Shown: one piece after another, positions 1 to 6,781 of the stretch | Layout: every line of letters begins with the position of its first letter | Numbering within the stretch: the first letter of the stretch is position 1 | From: an uncultured Faecalibacterium sp. | GTDB taxonomy: Bacteria; Bacillota; Clostridia; Oscillospirales; Ruminococcaceae | DNA: 64,000 bases | Reading direction: 5' to 3' | Assembly (NCBI GenBank): GCA_934553285.1 | Contig: CAKTFD010000001.1 | Span: forward strand, 33,475 to 97,474 | Notes under the pieces: generated by a model | Seen by the model: the letters and a program-made list of their open reading frames with translations, nothing else | Told to the model about the DNA's origin: nothing | The model's database searches: none | Position numbers and translations under genes: made by a program

Positions 1-423
1 TTCCCGCAGAGGCAGGATGCCGCCCTTATACAGCTCAACATCGCAGTCCATCGCAAGGAACATGGTAAGCACATCGGAAAAGCCGAACCGGCTGTAGATG
101 CTGCCGCCCACGGTGGCCAGATTGCGCAGCTGTACGCCCACGATGTGGCGTACAGTCTCCCGCATGGCACCATGAGTATAGGCAGCAAGCCCCGGGTGCT
201 GTTCCAGCTGGCGCAGGGTCACCATAGCGCCGATGGAAAAACTCTCGGCGGTCTCCTCGATGGTGTCCAGCCCAAGGCCGGAAAGGTCGATGGCAGTGCC
301 AACATTGATGGTTTCCATCTTAAGCCAGATCATACCGCCCAGGATGCGGTTCTGCTTTTTCTGGTTGAGCTGCCATGCTTCCTCCAGGCTTTCCGCCCGT
401 TTGTATTCTCGGATCGTCATCAT
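1..423 (-). CDS. xanthine dehydrogenase / molybdopterin dehydrogenase FAD-binding subunit (partial; only the N-terminus is in the window, the C-terminus lies beyond the window start)
   Basis: Reverse-strand translation from the ATG at 423 gives MMTIREYKRAESLEEAWQLNQKKQNRILGGMIWLKMETINVG...VGGSIYSRFGFSDVL, which looks like a CoxM/XdhB-type FAD_binding_5 domain. An RBS (AGAGAGG) lies 9 nt upstream. The MocA-like and xanthine permease genes sit next to it. Confidence 0.75.
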   Translation of the reverse strand, partial: MMTIREYKRAESLEEAWQLNQKKQNRILGGMIWLKMETINVGTAIDLSGLGLDTIEETAESFSIGAMVTLRQLEQHPGLAAYTHGAMRETVRHIVGVQLRNLATVGGSIYSRFGFSDVLTMFLAMDCDVELYKGGILPLRE

Positions 424-517
424 ATGCAGGTACCTCTCTTTTATATCACTGCTTTTATTTTATCACAGGTTCCGGTATAATACTATTGTAAATTGAGGAT
501 AAAGGGGTGCTTTTTGT

Positions 518-1177
518 ATGAAGATGCCGTTTTCTGTCGGCTGTGTCATCATGGCTTCCGGGCAAAGCCGCCGTTTTGGCTCCAATAAACTGCTGGCAGA
601 TTTTTGCGGGCAGCCCATGCTCTGCAGGGCATTTGCCGCGACCGCTACGCCCAATCTTGCCGCCCGCATCGTAGTGACCCGGGCAGTAGAAGTGCAGGCG
701 CTGTGCACTGCCCACAGCATCCCCGTACTGCTGCATCAGCAGCCCGGACGCAACGATACCGTCCGGCTGGGGCTTTCTGCCCTGCTGGCGCAGCTGCCGG
801 AGCTTGCCGGCTGCATGTTTCTGCCCGGAGATCAGCCTTTGCTGCGCCGGGAAAGCGTGGAGGCCCTGACGGACGCCTTCTGCCGGGACTATTCCTGCCT
901 GACAGATACGCAAAAAGAAACAGAACGGGAGATCTTCCGGCTCGGAGCCGGGGTCGAAAACGACCCGGTCCCACTTGTCGGAAGTCCCGTTCTGTTTGGA
1001 AGCAGCTCTTTTCCGGAACTGCTCACCCTGCCGGAAAACAAAGGCGGCAATGTGCTGCTGCAAAAATATCCTGCGCAGGTGCATACTGTTTGCATCGCGG
1101 ACCGTACGGAGCTGCTGGATGCAGATACCCCCGCCGTACTCCGGCAGCTGGAAGCCATTGCCCGGCAAAAAGGCTGA
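518..1177 (+). CDS. MobA-like NTP transferase / molybdenum cofactor cytidylyltransferase (MocA family), xanthine dehydrogenase accessory protein
   Basis: ORF track 219 aa. The N-terminal sequence ASGQSRRFGSNKLL matches the nucleotidyltransferase P-loop-like GxxSxRxGxxK motif. AAAGGGGTG sits 8 nt before the ATG. It is divergent from the xdh FAD-subunit gene. Confidence 0.8.
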   Translation: MKMPFSVGCVIMASGQSRRFGSNKLLADFCGQPMLCRAFAATATPNLAARIVVTRAVEVQALCTAHSIPVLLHQQPGRNDTVRLGLSALLAQLPELAGCMFLPGDQPLLRRESVEALTDAFCRDYSCLTDTQKETEREIFRLGAGVENDPVPLVGSPVLFGSSSFPELLTLPENKGGNVLLQKYPAQVHTVCIADRTELLDADTPAVLRQLEAIARQKG

Positions 1178-1181
1178 GTAG

Positions 1182-2588
1182 TTACTCTGCCATATCGTTC
1201 TTAGGCAGTAGGACGTTCAGCAGGATCGCCACGAAGGCGGCCGGCACGATGCCGGACTCGCCGCAGATCAGCTGGAGGGCCTGCGGAGCCTGTGCCAGGA
1301 TGCCGCTGTTGGCACCCATGCCATAGCCCACGCCCAGTGCCACGGACACGATGGTCAGGTGGCGCGGGGTCATCTTATCCTTGGTGATCAGCTGGATACC
1401 GCTGACCACGATAGAAGAGAACATCATAACAGCTGCGCCGCCCAGAACCGCCTGCGGCATGATGGAGATCAGCGCACCCAGCTTGGGGATCAGGCCGCAC
1501 AGGATCAGGAACACCGCACCGGAAGCCAGTGCCATGCGGTTGACCACCTTGGTCATGGCCACCAGACCAACGTTCTGGCTGAAAGAGGTATTGGGCAGCA
1601 CGCCAAACAGCGCTGCAAAGGTGGAGCCAAGGCCATCGCAGATGACGCCGCCGGACAACTCCTTATCCGAAGGTTCGCGACTCATGCCGCCTTCCATAAC
1701 GCCGGAGATATCGCCCACGGTCTCCACAGCAGTGACGATGAACATGATCAGCACCGGCAGGATAGCGCGTGCATCAAACACGACCTTGACCGGCATCAGC
1801 TTGGGCACGGCAAACCAGGAAGCCTGTGCTACCTTGTTCCAGTTGAGCACCCACGCTTTTGTAAACTCCACACCATCGGCGGTAACACCGGTAGTAGGCA
1901 GCACCAGCCCCATGATAAAGGCCGCCGCATAACCGGCCAGGATGCCGATGAGGATAGCAGAAGAGCTGAGGAAACCGGTGGTCCAGTGCTTGAAGAAGAG
2001 GATCACCACCAGCACAAACAGTGCCAGCAGCAGGTTTTCTACAGAACCGAAGTCCATGGCCTTGTTGCCGCCGCCAAAGGAGTTGATACCCACAGAGATC
2101 AGCGACAGGCCGATGGAAAGCACCACCGTACCGGTGACTACCGGCGGGAAGAACTTGCGCAGCGGCTTGAGGAAAAAGCCCAGCACGCTTTCAAAAATAC
2201 CGCCGATGATGGAAGCGCCCATGATGGCGCCGTAGGCCAGCACACCGCCGCCCATGGTACCGACAACACTGTTGAACACCCCGATAAAACCAGAACTGGT
2301 GCCCATGATGATAGGCACTGCACCGCCCACAGGCCCGATGGTGAACAGCTGCACCAGCGTAACGATACCGGCTACGAACATGGCGCTCTGCAGCAGGGTG
2401 ACCTGCAGATCTGCAAATTCGCCGCCCGCAATGCCGCAGGCGCTGGTGATGATCAGCAGCGGGGTCAGATTGCCCACAAACATGGCGCAGACATGCTGCA
2501 GACCCAGCGGGATCGCCTGCCGCAGAGACATTTTGGCTTCAAAATGATAAGCCGATTCTTCCAGCTTGACTTCCTTCAAAAATTCCAC
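1182..2588 (-). CDS. pbuX: xanthine/uracil permease (NCS2 family, PbuX-like)
   Basis: 468-aa ORF with the ...LGLQHVCAMFVG... signature of nucleobase:cation symporter-2. Start is uncertain: GTG at 2588 directly abuts the AGGAGA Shine-Dalgarno; TTG at 2579 has ideal 9-nt spacing; ATG at 2531 aligns with the B. subtilis PbuX N-terminus. Confidence 0.85.
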   Translation of the reverse strand: MEFLKEVKLEESAYHFEAKMSLRQAIPLGLQHVCAMFVGNLTPLLIITSACGIAGGEFADLQVTLLQSAMFVAGIVTLVQLFTIGPVGGAVPIIMGTSSGFIGVFNSVVGTMGGGVLAYGAIMGASIIGGIFESVLGFFLKPLRKFFPPVVTGTVVLSIGLSLISVGINSFGGGNKAMDFGSVENLLLALFVLVVILFFKHWTTGFLSSSAILIGILAGYAAAFIMGLVLPTTGVTADGVEFTKAWVLNWNKVAQASWFAVPKLMPVKVVFDARAILPVLIMFIVTAVETVGDISGVMEGGMSREPSDKELSGGVICDGLGSTFAALFGVLPNTSFSQNVGLVAMTKVVNRMALASGAVFLILCGLIPKLGALISIMPQAVLGGAAVMMFSSIVVSGIQLITKDKMTPRHLTIVSVALGVGYGMGANSGILAQAPQALQLICGESGIVPAAFVAILLNVLLPKNDMAE

Positions 2589-2645
2589 TCTCCTAAGGTT
2601 TTACAGTTTTGTGCGTTTCGGACACTTTGTAAAAAAAGCGAAATT

Positions 2646-2674
2646 ATTATAGCAAAAAGCAAATTCAATGTAAA
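2646..2674 (-). promoter_or_regulatory. sigma-70 type promoter for the permease gene (TTTACA-17bp-TATAAT)
   Basis: Minus strand reads TTTACA (2674-2669), a 17-nt spacer, then TATAAT (2651-2646), about 50 nt upstream of the permease start. No purine-riboswitch-like sequence was seen in the short leader. Confidence 0.5.
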
Positions 2675-2740
2675 ATAAGTATGACTTTTTCATGAAGAAA
2701 TGTTGTATGCTCCAGCAGGCGTTTTTTCTTTCGGAACGTC

Positions 2741-2818
2741 AAAAAAGCAGGGTCTCTGTAGGTTTCGTCCATCCTCTTGTGGGCAGACAGCATACAGAAC
2801 ATCCTGCTTTTTTTGCGC
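2741..2818. terminator. stem-loop flanked by an A6 run and a T7 run (bidirectional terminator-like) downstream of rfbD
   Basis: aaaaaaGCAGG...(about 50-nt structured loop with inner CTGTA/TACAG pairing)...CCTGCttttttt. On the minus strand it follows the rfbD stop at 2865. Confidence 0.4.
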
Positions 2819-2864
2819 ATTTCGCGTTTTTTTGTGCGATACGGAAAAAATCGTGCTTTTGCAG

Positions 2865-3701
2865 TCAGGCCAGACCATACTCCCGCAGGCAGCGTTCAAT
2901 GCCTGCCTGCGTCGTATCAAACACGATACCATGTGCCCGGAGCTTCCTGCAATCCATGGCAAGATTTCGTGCCCAGGCCGCCTGCTGGATATCGACCGTG
3001 ATCCCCAGCGCTTTTGCAAACTGCCGGGCGGTCAACACCATGTTTTCTGTGTTTTCGCTGCCAAAATTATAGACTCCGCCGGGCAGCAGCAGCGCAGGCT
3101 CCAACAGATCTATCGCCTGCCGGACATAGGTAATACCCCGGAAATCCCGGGTGGAAAAGCGGATACTCTCGCCCCGTTGCGCCGCACGCAGAAGATTCAG
3201 CGGCAAATTGCCCCGGATAGGCAGATGGTATCCGGGCAGATCATACATCCAGGTGGCACGCAGCAATACAGCATCCGGACAAACTGCCTGCACCTGCTGT
3301 TCCATTTCCAGCTTTCCCTGCCCGTAGAGATTGGCGGGCTGCAGCGGAATGCTTTCCGGCAGTGCGCCGGGCTGCGTTACGCCTGCATAAACCTGATCTG
3401 AGCTGAATGCCACGATCTTTGCACCGACCGCAGCTGCCGCTCGTGCGATCCACACCGGCAGCTCCACGTTTGCGCGGCGAGCCTGCTCCGGGTGGTCTGT
3501 GCAGTAGCCGGTATCCGAGATGGCTGCAGTGTGCAGGATGATATCCGGGCGCTGCTGCAGAACAAACTGCCGCACGGCGCTTTCCTCTGCTGTGGAGAGA
3601 AACCCTTTAGAAAAGGTGCACAGGTCATATCGGCCCGCCCATTGCTGCATCACGCGGGAGCCTACAAAACCGCCCGCACCCGTTACAAGAATCTTCTTCA
3701 T
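2865..3701 (-). CDS. rfbD: dTDP-4-dehydrorhamnose reductase (RfbD/RmlD family NAD-dependent epimerase/dehydratase)
   Basis: 278 aa with an N-terminal Rossmann motif (MKKILVTGAGGFVGSRV) and overall RmlD-like sequence. No rfbA/B/C neighbours, so it is an orphan. Confidence 0.8.
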   Translation of the reverse strand: MKKILVTGAGGFVGSRVMQQWAGRYDLCTFSKGFLSTAEESAVRQFVLQQRPDIILHTAAISDTGYCTDHPEQARRANVELPVWIARAAAAVGAKIVAFSSDQVYAGVTQPGALPESIPLQPANLYGQGKLEMEQQVQAVCPDAVLLRATWMYDLPGYHLPIRGNLPLNLLRAAQRGESIRFSTRDFRGITYVRQAIDLLEPALLLPGGVYNFGSENTENMVLTARQFAKALGITVDIQQAAWARNLAMDCRKLRAHGIVFDTTQAGIERCLREYGLA

Positions 3702-3730
3702 TTGTTACATGCGACCTCCGGCATAGGGCA

Positions 3731-4036
3731 TCAGATAAAAAATTCCAGCACGAATACCACCGCACAGCAGCCGGCAGCCACCTGAAACAGACTGGCTCCA
3801 TACCAGGCTGCCGCAATGCCAACCACCAGCGCAACAGCACCTGCTGCGGGGCTTTGGGTGGCCTGGATAATGGCCGGAAAGGTCATCACTGCCAGCGTCA
3901 CATAGGGTACATAGTATAAAAACGACTGAACAAAGCGGTTCTGGATCGGCTTACGGATGAGGGTAAGCGGCAGGACGCGGATGGCATAGGACACCAGCGC
4001 CATAACCGCGATATAAATATAATTGTTATGCGTCAT
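3731..4036 (-). CDS. azlD: branched-chain amino acid transport protein AzlD
   Basis: 101-aa hydrophobic protein adjacent to and overlapping azlC. The AzlD-like sequence begins MTHNNYIYIAVMALVSYAIRVLP. Confidence 0.8.
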   Translation of the reverse strand: MTHNNYIYIAVMALVSYAIRVLPLTLIRKPIQNRFVQSFLYYVPYVTLAVMTFPAIIQATQSPAAGAVALVVGIAAAWYGASLFQVAAGCCAVVFVLEFFI

Positions 4037-4802
4037 TTTCGGATTCCTCCTGCTTGACCGGAAACAGAACTGCCGCTGCGCCGGAGATTGCCACTGTCAG
4101 AAGGATGGTGCGGCCGCCTTCGGAAAGCGCCGAGATGCCCGGCAGATAGTTGCACATAAAACTCAAGGCAAAACTGATGACGACCAAAGCCGCCACGGTG
4201 CCATTTTTGTGGGCGGGCGGGATGATGATAGCCAAAAACATGCCATACAGTGCCACACTCAAAGCACTGACCACCCGCAGCGGCAGAAGATTGCCCGCCA
4301 CGATGCCCAATGCCGTACCGGTCGCCCAGGCCGGAGCGGCCAACAAAATAGCGCCGTAAGTATAATATGGGTTCAGACTGCCCGGTCGTGCAATGGTGAT
4401 GCCAAAAAGTTCATCTGTGACATCATAACCGATCAGCAGCCGATGCCAGAAAGGCGTGCCAGGCGCAAAACGCTGTGCCAGCGCACAGCTCATTAGCAGA
4501 TAGCGTGCATTGGCGATCAATGTGATAACGGCAACCTCGAAATAGGTGGCATTTGCCATAATGAGCGCAAATGCAGCATACTCGCCTGCGGAGGCGTTGT
4601 TCAGCAGACTGACAAGAAACCCCTGAAACGGTGTGAACCCCGCCTTGCGGGCTGCAATGCCCAGTGAAAATGATACCGCAAAGTAGCCCAGCGCAATGGG
4701 TACACCATCCCGCATTCCATCGCAGAACACCTTACGGCTGAACCGATCGGCGCGTACGATCTGATCCGACTGCCGATCCAGAAGCTCCTGCTTCGATCCC
4801 AT
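4026..4802 (-). CDS. azlC: branched-chain amino acid permease AzlC
   Basis: ORF track 4026..4928 (300 aa). The internal ATG at 4802 (MGSKQELL...) is preceded by AGGAAAGGGG and matches the length of AzlC family membrane proteins. Confidence 0.8.
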   Translation of the reverse strand: MGSKQELLDRQSDQIVRADRFSRKVFCDGMRDGVPIALGYFAVSFSLGIAARKAGFTPFQGFLVSLLNNASAGEYAAFALIMANATYFEVAVITLIANARYLLMSCALAQRFAPGTPFWHRLLIGYDVTDELFGITIARPGSLNPYYTYGAILLAAPAWATGTALGIVAGNLLPLRVVSALSVALYGMFLAIIIPPAHKNGTVAALVVISFALSFMCNYLPGISALSEGGRTILLTVAISGAAAVLFPVKQEESENDA

Positions 4803-4894
4803 AGTTGATACTTCCCCTTTCCTCTTTTGCCAACAACAAAGCCTATTATACTCCACTCCGCGCAGAGAAGAAAGAGGTTCTTTGCTTTTTTGTG

Positions 4895-4934
4895 TAAAAC
4901 TGCCGAGTTCCGGCTCAATATCCGGCACTCAGCA
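4895..4934 (-). terminator. intrinsic terminator-like hairpin downstream of the RM operon
   Basis: Minus strand: CTGCTGAGTGCCGG-atattgag-CCGGAACTCGGCAG followed by TTTTA. It lies about 200 nt after the methyltransferase stop codon. Confidence 0.4.
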
Positions 4935-5137
4935 GTTCTTAGCGGGATTTTTATAGCAATTCAACTTTTTAATGCAACAGCGTTGAATTACATATCGCAA
5001 ATATGCTGCTTGAATGTTGCGCTAATTCTCAACTTGCGATAAATGTTGGAGTTATTCTAGGGCATTGGGGTAATATCAGGCAATCCGTAGCGGAACCTCT
5101 GCGAAGATTACAGATGATTTCTTACGTATTTTGATTT

Positions 5138-6766
5138 TCAGCTTCTTCCCAATCTTCTTCTCTGCATTTTTTTCCAGATTGCCCGGCACTGATCACATAC
5201 TTCTTGGTCAAGCCCCAGCATACCAACTAAAACTTCCCGATCGCCTATATCCAAGGCCTTCTCAATATCGCCATTCTCCCTGACGATCCGATCTATTTCA
5301 CTCAAGAGTTTCTCTCGGTATACTGCATCTATTCGTTCAATTTTAGGAAGCAATACTTTTCCGACCTCCGTGGGCAGAATTTCCAAAACGCCTCCACCGT
5401 AGCTTCTTCCGCAGATCTCAGTAAATGCGAACGATACACTATTATAGTATGCTAGCAGTATGTTTTCGGGGTCAACGCCCTCATTAAATTTTATTCTGTG
5501 CATTGTATCTGTGGAAACTGCTCCACATTGATTTAGAACAAACTTAGGATATAGATTATTGCGTCTTAGAAAAAAAGCATCTGGAACCCAAACGGATGGG
5601 ATAATATACCATCTGTCTCGAATTGAACATTTATATCCAGCATTTTCATTGTTTGCTTCTCCTTTTAAAATATAGTCCTTATAGTTTTCAGGATACTTTT
5701 CATATGGAATATTTTCCGGGAAGCAAACAAGCCTAGCTTGCTTCCCGGCTTGCTTATTGTAATTCCAATCTTGTTCGGTAAAATATATACCATGTGCATG
5801 CGAGCTTCTTCCAATTAAAGGCCGTGTTGCCTCCTCAAGATGATATTGGTTTGTTTTTTCTTCTGTTATAGAAAAGTATCCATTATTTCCGGTTGTAATT
5901 CCAATATTTATAAGTCCATAATCCGAAAACTCAGAAAAGCGATTATCCGATTTCAATTTCTGAATCAATTCGATTTCTTTTTCGCTTGTAAAATATTTAG
6001 TCCACTTTTCCCTAACGTGTTGCATAGGTTGAAAGCCATTAGAATTTAAGTTCAGAGTATCAAATCCACAAATATCTTGTAATTCAATAATCCGAATACC
6101 TTTTTCCTCTTTTCCTTTTTCGCCGATAAAAACGACTACCTCCTGCTCAATGTCAGGAAAAACAAGTTGTTCAAATGTAATAAGCGTAATTTTGGCAAGA
6201 TTATTTGCCAAATAGAGTCGAAGGTCTTCCGCATATGCAACTTGCAATATTTCTGCAGGAATGACAAATGCGATTTTACCTTTTTCCGAAAGAAGCTGAA
6301 TGCACGCCACCATAAACGCAACCCATGCATTTATCAGTTTGTTTGACTTCATTCCATGAGATTTTAAAATTTGTGCTTGATATTCTCGCTGTTTTTCCTG
6401 CAAGTATTGATAACGAATATATGGCGGGTTTCCAAGCACTAAATCATATGTTCTTTTTCCTAATGCTTCCCTATAGAAGTCAAAGAAATCCTCATTAAAA
6501 ACCTTTACCTTCGGAGTATTATCATATCTATCACGTACTTTTTTTGCTTCGCCTTCTTCTATTTCAACGGCTTCAACACTATGAATCTCACTCAGTAAGT
6601 GCAACTCACTCAATGCATCAAGAAAAACGCCGTCACCACAGCTTGGTTCCAACACACTGTTAATATCGTCAGTCTCGAAAAGGCGCACCATAGCAGTAGC
6701 CAGTTGTTGAGGCGTGTAATATGCTCCTCTTAACTTTTGTTCAGTACTATCCTTTTTGAGTTTCAT
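5138..6766 (-). CDS. N6-adenine DNA methyltransferase (gamma class; companion M.Eco57I-like enzyme of the Type IIG system)
   Basis: 542 aa. Motif X is YYTPQQLATAMVRLF; motif I (SAM binding) is LEPSCGDGVFL; motif IV is LGNPPY; the C-terminus is a target-recognition domain. The size matches M.Eco57I (about 543 aa). It lies 15 nt downstream of the R-M fusion gene, with a GAGAGG RBS. Confidence 0.85.
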   Translation of the reverse strand: MKLKKDSTEQKLRGAYYTPQQLATAMVRLFETDDINSVLEPSCGDGVFLDALSELHLLSEIHSVEAVEIEEGEAKKVRDRYDNTPKVKVFNEDFFDFYREALGKRTYDLVLGNPPYIRYQYLQEKQREYQAQILKSHGMKSNKLINAWVAFMVACIQLLSEKGKIAFVIPAEILQVAYAEDLRLYLANNLAKITLITFEQLVFPDIEQEVVVFIGEKGKEEKGIRIIELQDICGFDTLNLNSNGFQPMQHVREKWTKYFTSEKEIELIQKLKSDNRFSEFSDYGLINIGITTGNNGYFSITEEKTNQYHLEEATRPLIGRSSHAHGIYFTEQDWNYNKQAGKQARLVCFPENIPYEKYPENYKDYILKGEANNENAGYKCSIRDRWYIIPSVWVPDAFFLRRNNLYPKFVLNQCGAVSTDTMHRIKFNEGVDPENILLAYYNSVSFAFTEICGRSYGGGVLEILPTEVGKVLLPKIERIDAVYREKLLSEIDRIVRENGDIEKALDIGDREVLVGMLGLDQEVCDQCRAIWKKMQRRRLGRS

Positions 6767-6781
6767 CTAAAATAACCTCTC

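Noticed and set aside
1359-2678. Long antisense ORFs opposite well-supported genes
   Set aside because: Examples are 1359..2678 +, 10076..11698 +, 14390..15775 +, 15947..17638 +, 21157..22431 -, 27554..28306 +, 30972..32831 +, 35318..36838 + and 49181..50860 +. Their products are low-complexity Ala/Arg/Gly/His-rich sequences with no family resemblance, and they lie opposite confidently identified genes. They are typical high-GC artefacts.
2589-2864. Possible purine riboswitch or structured leader upstream of the xanthine permease
   Set aside because: The structured element (2741-2818) lies upstream of the predicted promoter, not in the 5' UTR. It reads as the rfbD terminator. No purine aptamer consensus was found.
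6536-6545. A7 tract inside the companion methyltransferase gene as a phase-variation switch
   Set aside because: The tract is only 7 nt and is in-frame (EAKKV). Slip-strand phase variation normally needs longer tracts, so it was not considered significant.
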